Source of the DNA: Acidobacteriota bacterium
GTDB taxonomy: Bacteria; Acidobacteriota; UBA6911; RPQK01; JAJDTT01
Direction of reading: 5' to 3'
Length of the DNA stretch: 64,000 nt
Assembly (NCBI GenBank): GCA_965263035.1
Contig: OZ253580.1
Coordinates: 5,984,001-6,048,000, forward strand
Under the pieces are notes generated by a model. The model was not told where the DNA came from, made no database searches, and saw nothing but the letters and a program-made list of their open reading frames with translations. Within the stretch, counting starts at the first letter, position 1, and each line of letters begins with the position of its first letter. The translations under genes and the position numbers were made by a program. Shown here in pieces: positions 29,416-38,193 of the stretch.

Positions 29416-29542
29416 TCTGGATGCGCTTGACATTGGCGTCAAGCTGAAGTCCTCTCCGCTCGTCCTGCGAACCGCTGAGAACAAAACTGTCCCTTCCTCT
29501 AAATCCGCTTTCCGATCTTTACAGCCCGGACTGAGTCCATAC

Positions 29543-31024
29543 TCACCAGATACCCCAAATGTGCGACGGCTGTTTGGGAAATAACGCGTTAAGCAGACCG
29601 CGCGTCTCTGGGGACCCCATATCGCAGTCGGGAAAGGCGTATTCGAGCTCATCCTCGGAACGGAACCCAAAGAGTAGCTGCAAGAAAACCAGCCCCGGAA
29701 AGAATGCGTCACACGTCCCGGAACTCAGCCAGTTGCCACCCATTCGCGGCTTGGCTAATCTCTCAACCTTTGCCACACGCCCGTTGTCGAATAAGAGCTC
29801 CACTCCGTAATCGACGAAGCCTATCGTAAGGGTGCCACCGTAACCCGCCACCGCCGAATCGGCCACCCGCCGTTCCAGGACTAGTGTGACCTGCCGTAGG
29901 AAGCCGGCAATGTCGGGCACTCGGACATACCATCCGCGAATCCTCTTCCATCGCGGCGACCTGTCGTTCATTACCTGATACGCAGGGTGTTCGGTACCCA
30001 GTTCGAACGCCACGTTGCGAAACGCGCGTTGCATCTGTCGCGCGGCGTACGCCTCGCCCATCCTCTTGAGATACCTCACGACGCTGGGAGTGACCTCATG
30101 CCAGGAGGCGCCGTCCTTCAGCTCGTAGAGTAGAACGCAGGGTTCACCATCCCAGAGACCCCGGACGTGCACAATGAGGCCCACCGGCTCACCAGTCGTG
30201 GCCTCCACGACGCATATCTCCAGTTCGGAATAGGTATTCTTGCTCCGCCCGTTCAGCTCGTACCTCCACAACCTCTGGTCACGGACGCAAGAGACCAGGT
30301 AGCGCCCCATTGCCTCGTCGTACAGGCGAGCTATGAATGGCAGGTCTCCCTCGGTCGCGGGGCGTACCGTGTAAGGCTCCCGGACAGCATCATCGAGTGC
30401 GAGCCAATTGGAGACGGGGCACGAGTACCCGATTCCAAACTCCAACGCCATTTCGTAGCCGAACTGGCGATAGAACCAAGGTATGCCGCTGATAACCTGC
30501 ATCTTCTCGCCGCGCCTCGCACTCATCTCATGGACGGCGTCCATCTGAGCCCGCACCAGCCCGCGTCTTCGATAGTCGGGATGCGTGGACACAAGCTCGA
30601 TACGGCCGACGCTTATTTCAATGCCGCCATAGGACCAGGTTTGTGGGATCAGGTTCAGCATCGACGCGATGGCCCCGGTACTCGTGTCTTCCACCAGGGT
30701 GAAGTCACCAGGCTGGAATCTGGGGAGGGCTCCGCTCATCAGGTCCCTGGTCCAGATTCTGAATGACTCGGCAAACACGTGGGGAAGGTGGACCTGAGCC
30801 TGAAACTCCGCAGCAGCCTCAGTATCCTCCCCGGTGGCCTGTCTCAGGATCAGCCCGTCGCCCAAGTCCCTCGGGGGGAACCCGGGCCCCTCGGCATTCG
30901 GAGGCGTCCGGTCGTACCTGCGAGAATAGGTGTGGGGTACATGCCGTTCTTGATCCCCACTACCCAGGCCAAGCTGTCTGGATCCAAGCCCGGTGCCACT
31001 CAATGTTGTTCTTGGTGAGTTCAC
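29543..31024 (-). CDS. GNAT N-acetyltransferase (Eis-like, SCP2-like C-terminus)
   Basis: VSTHPDYRRRGLVR, GIPWFYRQFGYE, C-terminal LLFGFRS...LFPK. True start may be about 80 nt downstream of the ORF start. Confidence 0.82.
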   Translation of the reverse strand: MNSPRTTLSGTGLGSRQLGLGSGDQERHVPHTYSRRYDRTPPNAEGPGFPPRDLGDGLILRQATGEDTEAAAEFQAQVHLPHVFAESFRIWTRDLMSGALPRFQPGDFTLVEDTSTGAIASMLNLIPQTWSYGGIEISVGRIELVSTHPDYRRRGLVRAQMDAVHEMSARRGEKMQVISGIPWFYRQFGYEMALEFGIGYSCPVSNWLALDDAVREPYTVRPATEGDLPFIARLYDEAMGRYLVSCVRDQRLWRYELNGRSKNTYSELEICVVEATTGEPVGLIVHVRGLWDGEPCVLLYELKDGASWHEVTPSVVRYLKRMGEAYAARQMQRAFRNVAFELGTEHPAYQVMNDRSPRWKRIRGWYVRVPDIAGFLRQVTLVLERRVADSAVAGYGGTLTIGFVDYGVELLFDNGRVAKVERLAKPRMGGNWLSSGTCDAFFPGLVFLQLLFGFRSEDELEYAFPDCDMGSPETRGLLNALFPKQPSHIWGIW

Positions 31025-31173
31025 TGACTTTGGTGTTGTATTCGAGGACTATGAAAACACCGTTGAGCACGATAACACCCTTCATCATAAGTTGAGGACT
31101 TCCACCGGACCTGAATCCAGGCCGCACCAAGCCAATATTTGCCCTCTGAGCGCGTCTTTTTCCTCGGGATCGG

Positions 31174-31203
31174 GCGGAAGTGGACTACGTGGACAATCAT
31201 TGA
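31174..31203 (+). pseudogene. higB: Remnant 3' end of higB toxin gene
   Basis: AEVDYVDNH-stop directly before the higA RBS matches the typical HigB C-terminus (VDYxDYH); the rest of the gene is missing. Confidence 0.5.
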
Positions 31204-31218
31204 AGGAGAAGATCGATC

Positions 31219-31506
31219 ATGGCCATGCACAACCCACCGCATCCGGGCGGCATCGTAAAGCGGCAGTGCCTCGAACCGCTGGGTTTGACCGTGACCCGAG
31301 CCGCCGCGGGTTTGGGCGTCACTCGGCAGGCGCTTTCGGAGTTGGTGAACGGGCGAACTGGAATCTCGGTAGAGATGGCGATACGGCTGTCGAAGGCCTT
31401 CGGCTCGACGCCCGAGACCTGGCTGGGGATGCAGATGGCCTACGATCTCTGGCAGGCCCGCGACCGCGCCGAGGAGATCGAGGTGGAGCGCTTTGCGGCG
31501 GCGTGA
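31219..31506 (+). CDS. higA: HigA/VapI family antitoxin (HTH-XRE)
   Basis: MHNPPHPG...LGVTRQALSELVNGRTGISVEMAIRLSKAFGSTPETWLGMQMAYDL; RBS AAGGAG. Confidence 0.92.
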   Translation: MAMHNPPHPGGIVKRQCLEPLGLTVTRAAAGLGVTRQALSELVNGRTGISVEMAIRLSKAFGSTPETWLGMQMAYDLWQARDRAEEIEVERFAAA

Positions 31507-32710
31507 CCGAGCCACTTGCTCCCTGGAACATCACCGTCTCCGCAACGCTGGCGGCCGTCGTGGCCGACTCGATTCATCAGGTTCTTCCTCCAAGGTCTTA
31601 ATTCCTCCGCCTCCTTCGTGCGTCCCACGAACCACCGCAGCACCCGGCTCGCGAGGCGACCCCGGACCCTGAAACACCGTAGAACAAGAACACGAACCGA
31701 GAGAAGGTAACTGTCCCCTACTCTTCCGGCCCCATTCTCGGAGCCTGTTTTGCGGAAGGTCCGGAGGGACTGGCAGGCGCCGGCGAATCGGGCGCTGATG
31801 ACATCCGGAGGGGAGGAGTGGATCAATCCGCGGAGCTTGGCCGAACTCCGGACCGAGACCCTGAAACGAGGTGACCTGGAGACGCCAGCGGGATTCAGTC
31901 GGGTGTCGAACATCCACCGGGGGCCTCAGTCTTACAGCGGGGAGCGATCCAGCGAGATGCGAATGATGGCCGATCGGGTCGAGCGCCCCAACCGGGCGCT
32001 GGCTCGGGCGCGGAACCGAAAGGAGCGGGCCATCCAGCAGGCTCTCCGGCTGGCGGAGGGGTTGACGGGAGACCTGGTCCGCGTGGTGTGCGAGACCCGG
32101 ATTCAACCTGGGGCTCTCCCGGGCTGCCGGAGGTACCAAGTGGGCAAAACGACACGGCTCGACCGACCTGCCGGCGGTCCCCGCCGACGTAGAGATGATG
32201 TCCAAAGGATACGCTTGTGCATGCTGAGCGGGCCGGTCGGGGCGACCCATTGAGCCCCGCAAGGAGGCCCCCGGCGCGTCACGCCTCCGGATCGAGGGCA
32301 AACTGGAGACAGCCCCATGAGGCCAGCGGGAGTTCCACCTGCTGGCCCGAGAGTATGTCTTGACCAGCCCGGCGCGGCATCCGAAGGACGACTCCGCTCA
32401 CCGGTCGGAGCGGACCCGGAAGATCGGGCGCGACATTGGGCCGAGCCGGTTGACGGACCAGGGAAGGCGTAGTGTGGACTGCGCCGTGCCCCGACGCGAG
32501 GTCCTCTTCCATCCTGGCCGAGAAATGTCTTCCCATCTCGCGCCAGCCACATGGGAAGAGAGTCGACGGTCAGTGTAGGAGTTGAGATTTCACCAAATAT
32601 TTACCATATCGACCCTTATTTTCATGCTAATTTCACTGATCCCTTGCTATACTCGATTCAGAAAGTGCATTCGGTGTTTTGAGGGAAGTCTTCTAAAAGG
32701 AAGAGTGGCC

Positions 32711-33034
32711 TTGATTTTCGTCATCAGTCAAGGGGCGACGGACTGGAAGCGGTTGTGGCAGAGACTGGCGCGGGTGTGCTGGGCGCCGGGATAGTGGACG
32801 GAGGAGGCATCGGGCCCGTGGAAGGGACCGAAACGGTGGGAATATCTCACCGGAAAGTCAACCTGTCGGCGGGTGACGCTCCCCCTGGCCGGCAAACAGT
32901 TTAGGACTGGTTCAATCGTCCTGTTTTCGAGCCGATTCAGTCGAATCGACAGAGGTTCAAGAGAAACCCGGCTGCGACCGCACGAAAACGCCGGGTTGGA
33001 AGCCCTTATCAACATGTCCCATGAATAATCTGGG
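32711..33034 (+). mobile_element. IS1380-family right-end fragment
   Basis: Near-identical to 58945-59268, including the transposase C-terminus (LIFVISQGATDWK) and right IR ATGAATAATCTGGG. Confidence 0.9.
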
Positions 33035-33102
33035 TCTAACGGTCCGGAATAGGTTCGATCATTCTTGTTCGATGTGGATTGCTCCCATCTCCGAAGTCGA
33101 AT

Positions 33103-33385
33103 TGTCAATGGCCATTGACAATTGCACACTTTTGGCCACTGAAAATTGCACACATCGCGGGAGCCCCCGTGAAGGGAGCGGAGCGACCCCAACGGGGGCT
33201 CCCGCGGCCGGACTTGGTCCTCTCATGCCCCCTCCCTCCCGCTCCGGCGTCCTGGGCTCTGACCGCTCGCGCGGCGGTCGGATGGATCGCCTTGGAGAGT
33301 TCGGCGTGGCGGCGCAGCCGGTAGCTGTTGCCCCGGATGTTGACGATGTGGCACCGGTGCAGGACCCGGTCCAGAAGCGCCGCCT
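33103..33385 (-). mobile_element. istB: IS21-family fragment (istB 3' end plus terminal IR)
   Basis: ALLDRVLHRCHIVNIRGNSYRLR; terminus TGTCAATGGCCATTGACAATTGCACA with internal repeat GGCCACTGAAAATTGCACA. Confidence 0.85.
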
Positions 33386-33667
33386 CCCCGCGCGCTGCTC
33401 GAATCTCTCCGAGGAGAAGCTGGACCCGGCCGGTAGAAGGAGAGGGCAAATGCAAAACCTGCGAGGGCCGAGGGAGATCCGGCCGAATCTCGCCGGCGGT
33501 GGCTGGCTGGTGGAGTTCAGCCTGGACGGGAAGCCGTTGCGCGCCGTGGTGGTCTCCACGGACGACGAGGCCCACGATGTGGCCCAGGAGTACGTGGACA
33601 CGGGCCAGGATGACAGGGACACCATTGTAGGATGGATAGCGCAGTTCTTCGCCGTACGGAGCACAAC

Positions 33668-34096
33668 ATGTGGGAAAATGATTCGCTGGAATCCCCGATC
33701 GCGCCCCGAGATCCCATTGCTCCGGGTGTTGCCCAGCAACATCCCAGGGGGCGACACGGGAAACGATCCGTCATCGGGTCCACCCTCACCATCAAGGGAG
33801 AGGTGAGCGGAGGGCAGGACCTGCTCATCAAGGGTCGTATCGAAGGGCGATTGTCCTTCACCGGGTACAGCATCACTGTGGGGAAGGAAGGCCGGATCAA
33901 GGCCGACCTGCTCGCCAAGACGATTCAGGTCGACGGTTGTGTGGAAGGGACTCTTCAAGGAGAAGAACGGATCGTCCTGAGTGAAACCGGACGTGTCCGA
34001 GGCAAGCTGATCGCACCTCGAGTCATCCTGGAAGAGGGCTGCAACTTCAAAGGCTCCGTTGACATGGACGCCGGCGCCAAGTCTTCCGCTGAATAA
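33668..34096 (+). CDS. Bactofilin (polymer-forming cytoskeletal protein)
   Basis: SVIGSTLTIKGEVSGGQDLLIKGRIEG...TGRVRGKLIAPRVILEEGCNFKGSVDM. Confidence 0.88.
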   Translation: MWENDSLESPIAPRDPIAPGVAQQHPRGRHGKRSVIGSTLTIKGEVSGGQDLLIKGRIEGRLSFTGYSITVGKEGRIKADLLAKTIQVDGCVEGTLQGEERIVLSETGRVRGKLIAPRVILEEGCNFKGSVDMDAGAKSSAE

Positions 34097-34277
34097 CCGG
34101 TTTCACATTCGGGCAGAAGATCTATCCATTCGCCCACCGCCCGGCCTGTGTGGAACGGGCGAGATCCTGCATGGTCCCCACCGGGAAAGTTCCCCCCTCT
34201 TCCTCGTGACCTGGGTCTTCGTGGCGGCGTGGCCGATGGGAGGACACCCCAGAGCCATTTGCTAGACTGCCGAGAGC

Positions 34278-34664
34278 ATGCGACCACTGGAGGGCCAAGC
34301 TCAAGGCCAGATCCAGAACCGCACGGACCCCTTTGGGAATCCCCGAAAACCCCCGATGAGGATGATGGGGCCTCTCTTCCTGCCCTGGCTGCAGGAGATG
34401 ATTCGGGACGAGGAGGTGGCCGTGATCTTCCTGAAGGAGTTCTGGCCCCAGATTGTCGGCGATCGGCTGGCCGCATCGACGGCTCCGCTCCGGCTCCGAA
34501 AGCGCACTCTGGAGATTGGCGTGTCCGGCCACGAATGGGATCGGGTGCTCCGGGAGATGGCTCAGCCCTTGGTGGCCAACGTCAATGCGTTCTGGAATCG
34601 TTCTCTGCTTCGACGCCTGGATTTCCAGGGGGTTTATCCCTGGCCGGAAGATCGCTCCGCGTGA
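34278..34664 (+). CDS. DciA/DUF721-like protein
   Basis: WPQIVGDRLAASTAPLRLRKRTLEIGVSGHEWDRVL pattern typical of DUF721; start uncertain. Confidence 0.65.
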   Translation: MRPLEGQAQGQIQNRTDPFGNPRKPPMRMMGPLFLPWLQEMIRDEEVAVIFLKEFWPQIVGDRLAASTAPLRLRKRTLEIGVSGHEWDRVLREMAQPLVANVNAFWNRSLLRRLDFQGVYPWPEDRSA

Positions 34665-34864
34665 GTCGGTTGGAGCGGGGGTTGCCGTCTGGATCCTGAC
34701 CCGTCTCGTTGAGGTCGGACCAACGCCTTCAGACGGGGAGTCGCTCGGCCATGTTGCCCGGGGCCGAGCTGTCGGCTCGGGGTATTTCTCCCGCGGCGGC
34801 ACTCCGCCATGATCGGAACTACCCAAAACTTGCCCGCACGAGCCGAGAACAGGAGGAATCCCCA

Positions 34865-35837
34865 TGCCGAGAGCGACTTGCAGCGTTGTCATGTTTGTCT
34901 TGGTGACCGCGCCTGCGGCGGGCCAGGAAGTGTGCGAGATTCCCGGCTATCGGGGCTCCCATCCGGTCCGCCAAGTCGCCCTGCAGGCCCCCAACTTCCA
35001 CCGGAGATGACGGTGGACCGTTATCTGCTGCAGGCCGAAGAGTTGATGGCCACACAAGACTACCAGGGGGCCCTCGACAAGATGGACCAGATCCTCGCCC
35101 TGCAAAAAGAGCACAACCTCACGCTGCCGGCGGAGTTCGATTTCCAGTACGCGCAAGGGGCGCTGGGGGCCGGCTCCCTCCCGTCCGCAATGGCGGCGGC
35201 CACCCGGTATTTGGCGGCGGCCGGGAGAGAGGGCGAGTACTACCGGGAGACGCTGAAGTTGCTCAACAAGGTGGAGGCGGTTCAGACGCGGCTGGAGCAG
35301 TATCCGGGGCAGGTCGAACGGCTGATGACCGCCGAGGACTATACGGGCGCCCGCGAGCTGATGGAACAGATTGCGGATCTGGGAAAAGAGCATCAGCTCC
35401 CGTTGCCGAAGGAGTTCCGCTCCCAACAGGCGGGCGTGGTGCGATTGAGTCAAACTTGCGCGGGACAGCCGGTAGGCGCCACCTGCTGGCTGGAACTGGC
35501 CAACCAACCAGGATGCTATTTCTGGGTTCCTTCTCTCATCGCGGCGGACCAGGCTATGACCTGGACAGCCGAGTGTGTCGAAGGCGTGGCTCAGGGATCG
35601 GGAAGCCTCAAGGGGGTCTGGAACAATGGCAAAATTCCATGGAAGGGACCGGTCGCCTGCAGGCGGGCAAGCTGCACGGGCAGTGGGTCGTGCGCTACGC
35701 GGACGGGAACGTCGAGGAAGGGCTTTTTTGTAGAGGGAAATCGGCAGGGGCGGTGGGTCCTGCGCTACGCGGACGGGAGGATGCTCGAGTCCACCTTCCA
35801 AAACGGCAAGCAGGTGGGCAACGCAAAGGAGTTCTGA
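34865..35837 (+). pseudogene. Secreted TPR-like / MORN-like repeat protein, frameshifted
   Basis: Signal peptide from ATG 34865 is in a different frame from the body (PPEMTVDRYLLQAE...). Further frameshifts near 35635 and 35725 in G.W..RYADG repeats. Confidence 0.65.
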
Positions 35838-35925
35838 GGTCCCTGGGCGTGCTCCCGGGGACGCCCCATTCTGTGGCCGGGCATCCGGACGGACGGCCAA
35901 GACAGCGGTTCCGGACCCACGTCCC

Positions 35926-36907
35926 TCAGACGGAGATCCGCTCGACGATGTTGCGGGTGACGCGTCGCCGGCACCGGTCGTAGATCTGCGTGGTGCGGGG
36001 ATGGGAGTGCCCGGCCAGGTACCGGACGTCCTCAAACGGCACGTTCTGGCTCAGCAGATCCGTGACCGCCAGGACCCGGAAGGAGTGGGGCGAGAGGATC
36101 TCCGGCAGCCCGGCCGCCTGGAGCCGGCGCTTGAGCATCCGCCTGACGGCGTGAGGCGAGAAGGGCCGATCGGTAAGGGTGCCGTGCCGGCTCTCTCCGG
36201 CCCGAAACATCACCGACCCCTTGGGCGCGGCGCCGAGCCCGGCCCCCTCGATGTAGGCCGTGAGCCATCGGTCCAGGTCATGGCGCACGGGGATCTCCCG
36301 GGCTTTGCCGCCCTTCTCGGCAAACAGGAGCGAGCGCAGGCTCCTAGTCCCGCAGATCCTGGATCCGGAGCCGGGTGATGGCCCCGACGTGGGCGCCAGT
36401 GTAGATCAGGGTCCCCAAGACCGCCCGGTCCCGAAGTCCGAATACATGGCTGGTATCGATCGAGGCGAGGAGTTGCCGGGCTTGGCGAACCGTCATCTCG
36501 GGGATCTTTCCGTCTCCGAACGGATTCCGGACGCCGCGAACCGACTGAAAGGGATTGAGTACCGCCGCGTGGCGGCGGACGAGGGCGTCGAAGAAGTGGC
36601 GCAATCCGGCCAGAGCCTGGTTCTTGTTGGCGGCCTCGCCGGGGAGCTGCTCGATGAAGCGGCCGGCGGTTCCTGGCGTGACTTGCCGCAGCTCGAGTCC
36701 CTGGGCCTCGCACCAGGAGAGGAACTCGCTGACGGCCCGGGCGTAGGAGCGCCGGGTGTGGGGGCTGGAGATCTGCGCCGAGAAGAACTCATCGGCCGCA
36801 AAGCAGGCGGCTTTCCCGGCGCGCACGAGGATGGCCGGGAAGGCCGTTTGGAGGTGGTTTTTCGCTGGCGTGGCCGACGTTTTCAGGGCGATCTTCTGAT
36901 GACTCAT
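35926..36907 (-). pseudogene. Tyrosine recombinase (phage-integrase family), inactivated
   Basis: SAM-like N-domain (TRRSYARAV), GLRDRA..., EKGGK, HSFR, LAGH, TTQIY. Catalytic R is replaced (YTGAH instead of YTGAR) and there is a stop/frameshift at about 36344. Confidence 0.9.
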
Positions 36908-36911
36908 TCTC

Positions 36912-36939
36912 GGGTACGATAATATGCTTTGTCGTACCC
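36912..36939. other. Putative recombinase crossover site, type A (copy 1)
   Basis: GGGTACGATAA-TATGCT-TTGTCGTACCC: 11-bp arms (1 mismatch), 6-bp spacer, 4 nt from the recombinase start codon. Confidence 0.75.
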
Positions 36940-37011
36940 TGCACCACGCCCCTGACTCCCCATTCTCTGCGACGGCCGTGCGCTATTCCATCCCCTTCTG
37001 TCCCCACCCGG

Positions 37012-37039
37012 TGAGCCCATTCCGACGAGAAAATCACCT
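37012..37039 (+). promoter_or_regulatory. TGAGCC-N17-CACCT promoter-like motif
   Basis: TGAGCC cattccgacgagaaaat CACCT. Confidence 0.65.
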
Positions 37040-37139
37040 TTCATTGTGTCGTGAAAGTGAAATCATTTCGGGAAACCAATCGGGGGAACCGGGGACCCGC
37101 TCCGTGGGTCCCCGGTTCCCCAAGACAGGAGGAAGACCT

Positions 37140-37688
37140 ATGAAGCGATGGAGTCAAAATGAAGGAACCCGTCGGCATCTGTGGAACCGGGCCCTCATCC
37201 TGCCGCTGTGCGCTTGCCTGGTGCTCGCCGGCAGTGTGACGCATCCCGTCTGGTCCGCCGGAGCCTCCGAGGACGAGCGGCTGCACGAACTTCTCAGAGG
37301 CAAGAAGATCCATGCGGCCTTCAAGAACTACGGCTTCGTGTCGGGCCAGGTCAAGGAAGTCCAAGAGAACGCCCTGAGAGTCGATGTCACTAAGAGTTTC
37401 AATCTCAGTTTGATTTCGACTGGGGTTCAGGACATCCCCATCGAGCGGATTTCCACCGTGCGCTGGACGGCAGGGTCCAAGAACAGAAAGATTTTCTTCA
37501 CGGTGGGCTTTGCAATCGGAATTGTTGGGGGGCTTTGGCTTACGGGAAGTGGAGCTAATGTACTCGCATTTATGGGAACTACAGCGGGGGGAGGACTACT
37601 TGGGTACTTTGTGGGTTCGAGAATGGACCATAGGAGCATCGACCTTGGGACCCACCGACCGCCGACGGGGCGCCCGCCCAAGAAATAA
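37140..37688 (+). CDS. Secreted protein: beta-rich domain plus Gly-rich hydrophobic C-terminal hairpin (family member 1)
   Basis: RBS AGGAGG; signal peptide; ends GGGLLGYFVGSRMD; paralogous to 40660 and 44648. Confidence 0.72.
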   Translation: MKRWSQNEGTRRHLWNRALILPLCACLVLAGSVTHPVWSAGASEDERLHELLRGKKIHAAFKNYGFVSGQVKEVQENALRVDVTKSFNLSLISTGVQDIPIERISTVRWTAGSKNRKIFFTVGFAIGIVGGLWLTGSGANVLAFMGTTAGGGLLGYFVGSRMDHRSIDLGTHRPPTGRPPKK

Positions 37689-37869
37689 GAGTGCGAGCCA
37701 TAAGCGGCCCCCTGAGCTGGCCGACAACTGGATCACGAGCTGGATGGCCGTCCCCACTGATTCGGCGAGCCAAGTGAAATCGCCCTACCGTACATGAACG
37801 GAAACCACAGCGATGACCTGTCGAGAACAATTCAGAGGGGAACCCGAGTGACCACTGGGCGCGGGCCGG

Positions 37870-38105
37870 CCGCCGGTGCAGATCGTTTAGGCCGGCAACT
37901 CAACAAGTCGTTTCTTGTCCTGAGTTTTCTCCTGCAGTATTCTTGGTGTCCTGAAGGCGAGCCCGCCAAGTGTAGCAGCACCCGGCAGGCTCTAAGCCAA
38001 CTCGACCTATGCCGGAGGACGAGCCAGCCTGGTAGATATTCTATTCCACCATCCTCCCTGGTTTCATTCCGGCATAGGTCCTCTCATCGGAGTCAGGATC
38101 TTCCG
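37870..38105 (+). ncRNA. Candidate structured leader element upstream of LRR gene (copy 2)
   Basis: Homologous to 4885-5115. Perfect stem GACCTATGCCGGA (38004-38016) / TCCGGCATAGGTC (38068-38080). Confidence 0.5.
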
Positions 38106-38193
38106 ACTGCGGAGAATGAAGGCCTCCAACCCGCGCCAGGTCCACTCCTAATTGGGCACACATGGATCCCGACCCATTCACGAGGGAGAAACC

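Noticed and set aside
31066-31090. Additional palindromic site ACGATAA-CACCCT-TCATCAT
   Set aside because: Only 5 of 7 arm positions pair and no linker or promoter follows; at best a decayed copy.
31507-32710. ORFs 31750-32253, 31531-32301 and neighbours
   Set aside because: No recognisable motifs, RBS or consistent coding frame; probably decayed mobile DNA.
35926-37040. Classical integron (intI/attI/attC)
   Set aside because: The recombinase shows no recognisable IntI-specific insertion, no GTTRRRY/RYYYAAC attC hairpins follow the genes, and the genes have their own promoter motif.
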